DNA of 64,000 bases from Trichormus sp. ATA11-4-KO1 (GTDB lineage: Bacteria > Cyanobacteriota > Cyanobacteriia > Cyanobacteriales > Nostocaceae): positions 96,001 to 160,000 of the forward strand of contig JAHHIM010000065.1 of NCBI GenBank assembly GCA_019358915.1, in the 5' to 3' direction. Position 1 is the stretch's first letter. Every line of letters begins with the position of its first letter. Below, piece by piece: positions 62,173 through 64,000 of this stretch. Both the position numbers and the translations under genes were made by a program. The notes under the pieces were generated by a model. The model was given only the letters and a program-made list of their open reading frames with translations, did no database searches and was not told where the DNA came from.

Positions 62173-62541
62173 TATCGGCAACTTACGAATACGTACAGAA
62201 TTATCCTCGATGGTTAGGGCTGCACCTGTTCTCAGTTCTAGTTCTAACTGAGGTAGAACTTCCAGTAACCTTTGTGTTACTACATTGGGATTTGCAGAAG
62301 ACAGGCGCAACGTGATCAGACTTGGTTGCTCATATTTTCCAAGAGCTACCAACATAGAAAAGTCTAAATCTTGTGTGACAATGACTCTACCTTCAACTCT
62401 TGCCAGATCCAAAATTTCTGTATCAGTAGCAGTTGCAGGAAGTAAATCTGTAGTACGCAAAATATCATAACCTTGTTGTTGCAGAGCTATGACTGTTAAA
62501 GGAGAAATATGCACATCGGCCAGAAAACGAAGGGTGTTCAT
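62167..62541 (-). CDS. DUF5615 PIN-like protein (putative toxin)
   Basis: RFLADVHI, TDTEIL..AR.EGRVIVTQDLDF; ATGA overlap with the DUF433 gene. Confidence 0.88.
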   Translation of the reverse strand: MNTLRFLADVHISPLTVIALQQQGYDILRTTDLLPATATDTEILDLARVEGRVIVTQDLDFSMLVALGKYEQPSLITLRLSSANPNVVTQRLLEVLPQLELELRTGAALTIEDNSVRIRKLPIL

Positions 62542-62771
62542 GCCCAAGGAATACTTGTGATTCGATCCGAAACTGCCCAAGCAGCATAGTTGAGAGCTTG
62601 TCGGATATCTTCATCCTCTAATTCAGGATAAGCTGCCAAAACTTCTTGAATGGACAGGTCACTAGCTAGTAATTTGAGAACAAAGGCTACGGTGATACGC
62701 ATTCCCCGAATCGTTGGTTGTCCAAGACAGACATGGGGATTAACAGTAATACGGTCTAGTTGAGAAATCAC
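62538..62771 (-). CDS. DUF433 protein (putative antitoxin)
   Basis: RITVNPHVCLGQPTIRGMRITV..YPELEDEDIRQAL. Confidence 0.92.
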   Translation of the reverse strand: MISQLDRITVNPHVCLGQPTIRGMRITVAFVLKLLASDLSIQEVLAAYPELEDEDIRQALNYAAWAVSDRITSIPWA

Positions 62772-62843
62772 CGTGGGACTCCTAAGCTGTTTAAATCCTG
62801 AGCTTATTCTTACATAACAAAATCAGGACTTGGTAGGTTTTGC

Positions 62844-64000
62844 ATGAATTCTCCACAAGAACCTCAAAAAAGTACAAAATTTGCTTGGTTGGGACAGGCT
62901 TTAGCTTTCATCGAATATTTAGGGAATAAATTACCCGATCCACTGACACTGTTTTTTTTATTATCCTTGCTGGTAATTATCGTTAGTGCGATCGCAGCTG
63001 CTTTCAATCTCTCTGTTATCCACCCCGGAAACGGTAAAACCATCACGGCTGTATCCCTATTGACACCTGATGGTATTCGCCGCATTTTTACTTCCGCAGT
63101 GAAAAATTTTACTGATTTTCCGCCTCTAGGCACTGTGTTAGTTGCTATGTTGGGTGTAGGTGTGGCTGAAGCCACAGGTCTGCTTTCCGCATTACTACGT
63201 AAATTGGTGTTAATTGCCCCCAGTAAATTCATCTGTCCCGTCGTTGTATTTGCTGGTATCATGGCAAACATTGCTGCTGATGCTGGCTATGTAGTACTTA
63301 TACCCCTAGGCGCAATTATATTTTTAGCATTTAGACGGCATCCTTTGGCTGGTTTAGCTGCGGCTTTTGCTGGTGTATCTGGTGGTTTTAGCGCCAATTT
63401 GCTGATTAGTTCTCTTGACCCTTTACTTGCTGGAATCACCCAAAGTTCAGTTGAATTAATTAATCCTAATTATCAAGTTAATGCTACTGCCAATTATTAT
63501 TTTATGGCAGTTTCTACATTTTTAATTACTGCAATTGGTTGGTTTGTGACCGAGAAAATTGTGGAACCAAGATTAGGTAATTACGATGGAGAAATACATT
63601 TGCCAATGGCACAACTCAGTGTAGCCGAACACAAAGGTTTACGCTGGGCTGGATATTCTTTATTAGCATTTATTAGCTTTTTGCTAGTAATGGTGTTATT
63701 ACCACAAGGAATTTTGCGAGATCCAGAAAAATTGACAATTATTCCTTCACCTTTTCTGGATAGCATCGTTTTTATTATTTCCCTGGCTTTCCTAATTCCC
63801 GGAATTTTCTATGGTAAAGCAGCAGGAACAATTCAAAATGACAAAGATGTGGTAAAAGCGTTGAGTAATTCCATGAGTGCGATGGGATATTACATTGTTT
63901 TAGCATTCATTGCCGCGCAATTTATTGCTTATTTTACCTGGAGTAATTTAGGAGTAATTATGGCAACAAATGGGGCTGAATTTCTCAAATCCACAGGAAT
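62844..64000 (+). CDS. AbgT-family transporter, 3' end beyond window (absent from ORF track)
   Basis: read directly: MNSPQEP..IEYLGNKLPDPLTLF..NFTDFPPLGTVLVAMLGVGVAE..RHPLAGLAAAFAGVSGGFSAN..NATANYYFM. Confidence 0.92.
   Translation, partial: MNSPQEPQKSTKFAWLGQALAFIEYLGNKLPDPLTLFFLLSLLVIIVSAIAAAFNLSVIHPGNGKTITAVSLLTPDGIRRIFTSAVKNFTDFPPLGTVLVAMLGVGVAEATGLLSALLRKLVLIAPSKFICPVVVFAGIMANIAADAGYVVLIPLGAIIFLAFRRHPLAGLAAAFAGVSGGFSANLLISSLDPLLAGITQSSVELINPNYQVNATANYYFMAVSTFLITAIGWFVTEKIVEPRLGNYDGEIHLPMAQLSVAEHKGLRWAGYSLLAFISFLLVMVLLPQGILRDPEKLTIIPSPFLDSIVFIISLAFLIPGIFYGKAAGTIQNDKDVVKALSNSMSAMGYYIVLAFIAAQFIAYFTWSNLGVIMATNGAEFLKSTG

Noticed and set aside
62864..63766. Minus-strand ORFs of 135 and 61 aa
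   Set aside because: Antisense shadows of the plus-strand AbgT gene
1..64000. CRISPR array, rRNA, tmRNA/RNase P, intact transposase, integrase, phage genes
   Set aside because: No regularly spaced repeat-spacer array or recognisable sequence of these types seen; periodic DNA at 11.1-12.8 kb and 27.4-28.2 kb is WD40 coding repeats

Overview
Chromosomal window from a cyanobacterium, most likely a filamentous Nostocales strain (frequent HIP1 GCGATCGC, heptamer STRR repeats, psb32, psbP, chlM). 1-16.2 kb: M23 peptidase (5' truncated), tRNA-Met(CAT), glycogen debranching enzyme, two peroxiredoxin-family genes, a CBS+HEPN-like protein, a Cys/Met-rich Csp3-like protein next to a cystathionine beta-synthase/gamma-lyase pair, an MBL-fold protein, msrB and a 1727-aa caspase-STAND-WD40 protein. 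About 17-48.5 kb is an accessory region. It holds hsp20, HAD, mop, an aspartic protease, an AurF-like diiron oxygenase plus glutamine amidotransferase, and a leftward redox gene run (Prx-like, spondin/PEP-CTERM, MsrQ-like, LigE-like GST, HIBADH-like). It continues with WD40, a secreted vanadium haloperoxidase-like enzyme and a LysR regulator. A 10-gene rightward cluster follows: an atypical kinase-fold protein, an unknown helical protein, a Mo-dependent IorAB-type oxidoreductase, aryl-alcohol dehydrogenase, DMT, SRPBCC, a LigW-like decarboxylase, XdhC and MocA. After it come an orphan double-glycine peptide and a secreted tandem gamma-carbonic-anhydrase-like protein whose metal ligands are split between two domains. 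49-64 kb is mostly core: SDR, psb32, DUF4346, ktrAB, tocopherol methyltransferase, chlM, DUF423, maf, psbP, rubrerythrin, ABC ATPase, a DUF433/DUF5615 TA pair and a 3'-truncated AbgT. Best candidate for an undescribed system: the LysR-linked aromatic-transformation/halogenation island (about 20.4-45.0 kb), in which a shared 21-bp palindrome appears to tie the leftward and rightward gene runs together. All family calls are by eye from motifs; no searches were run.
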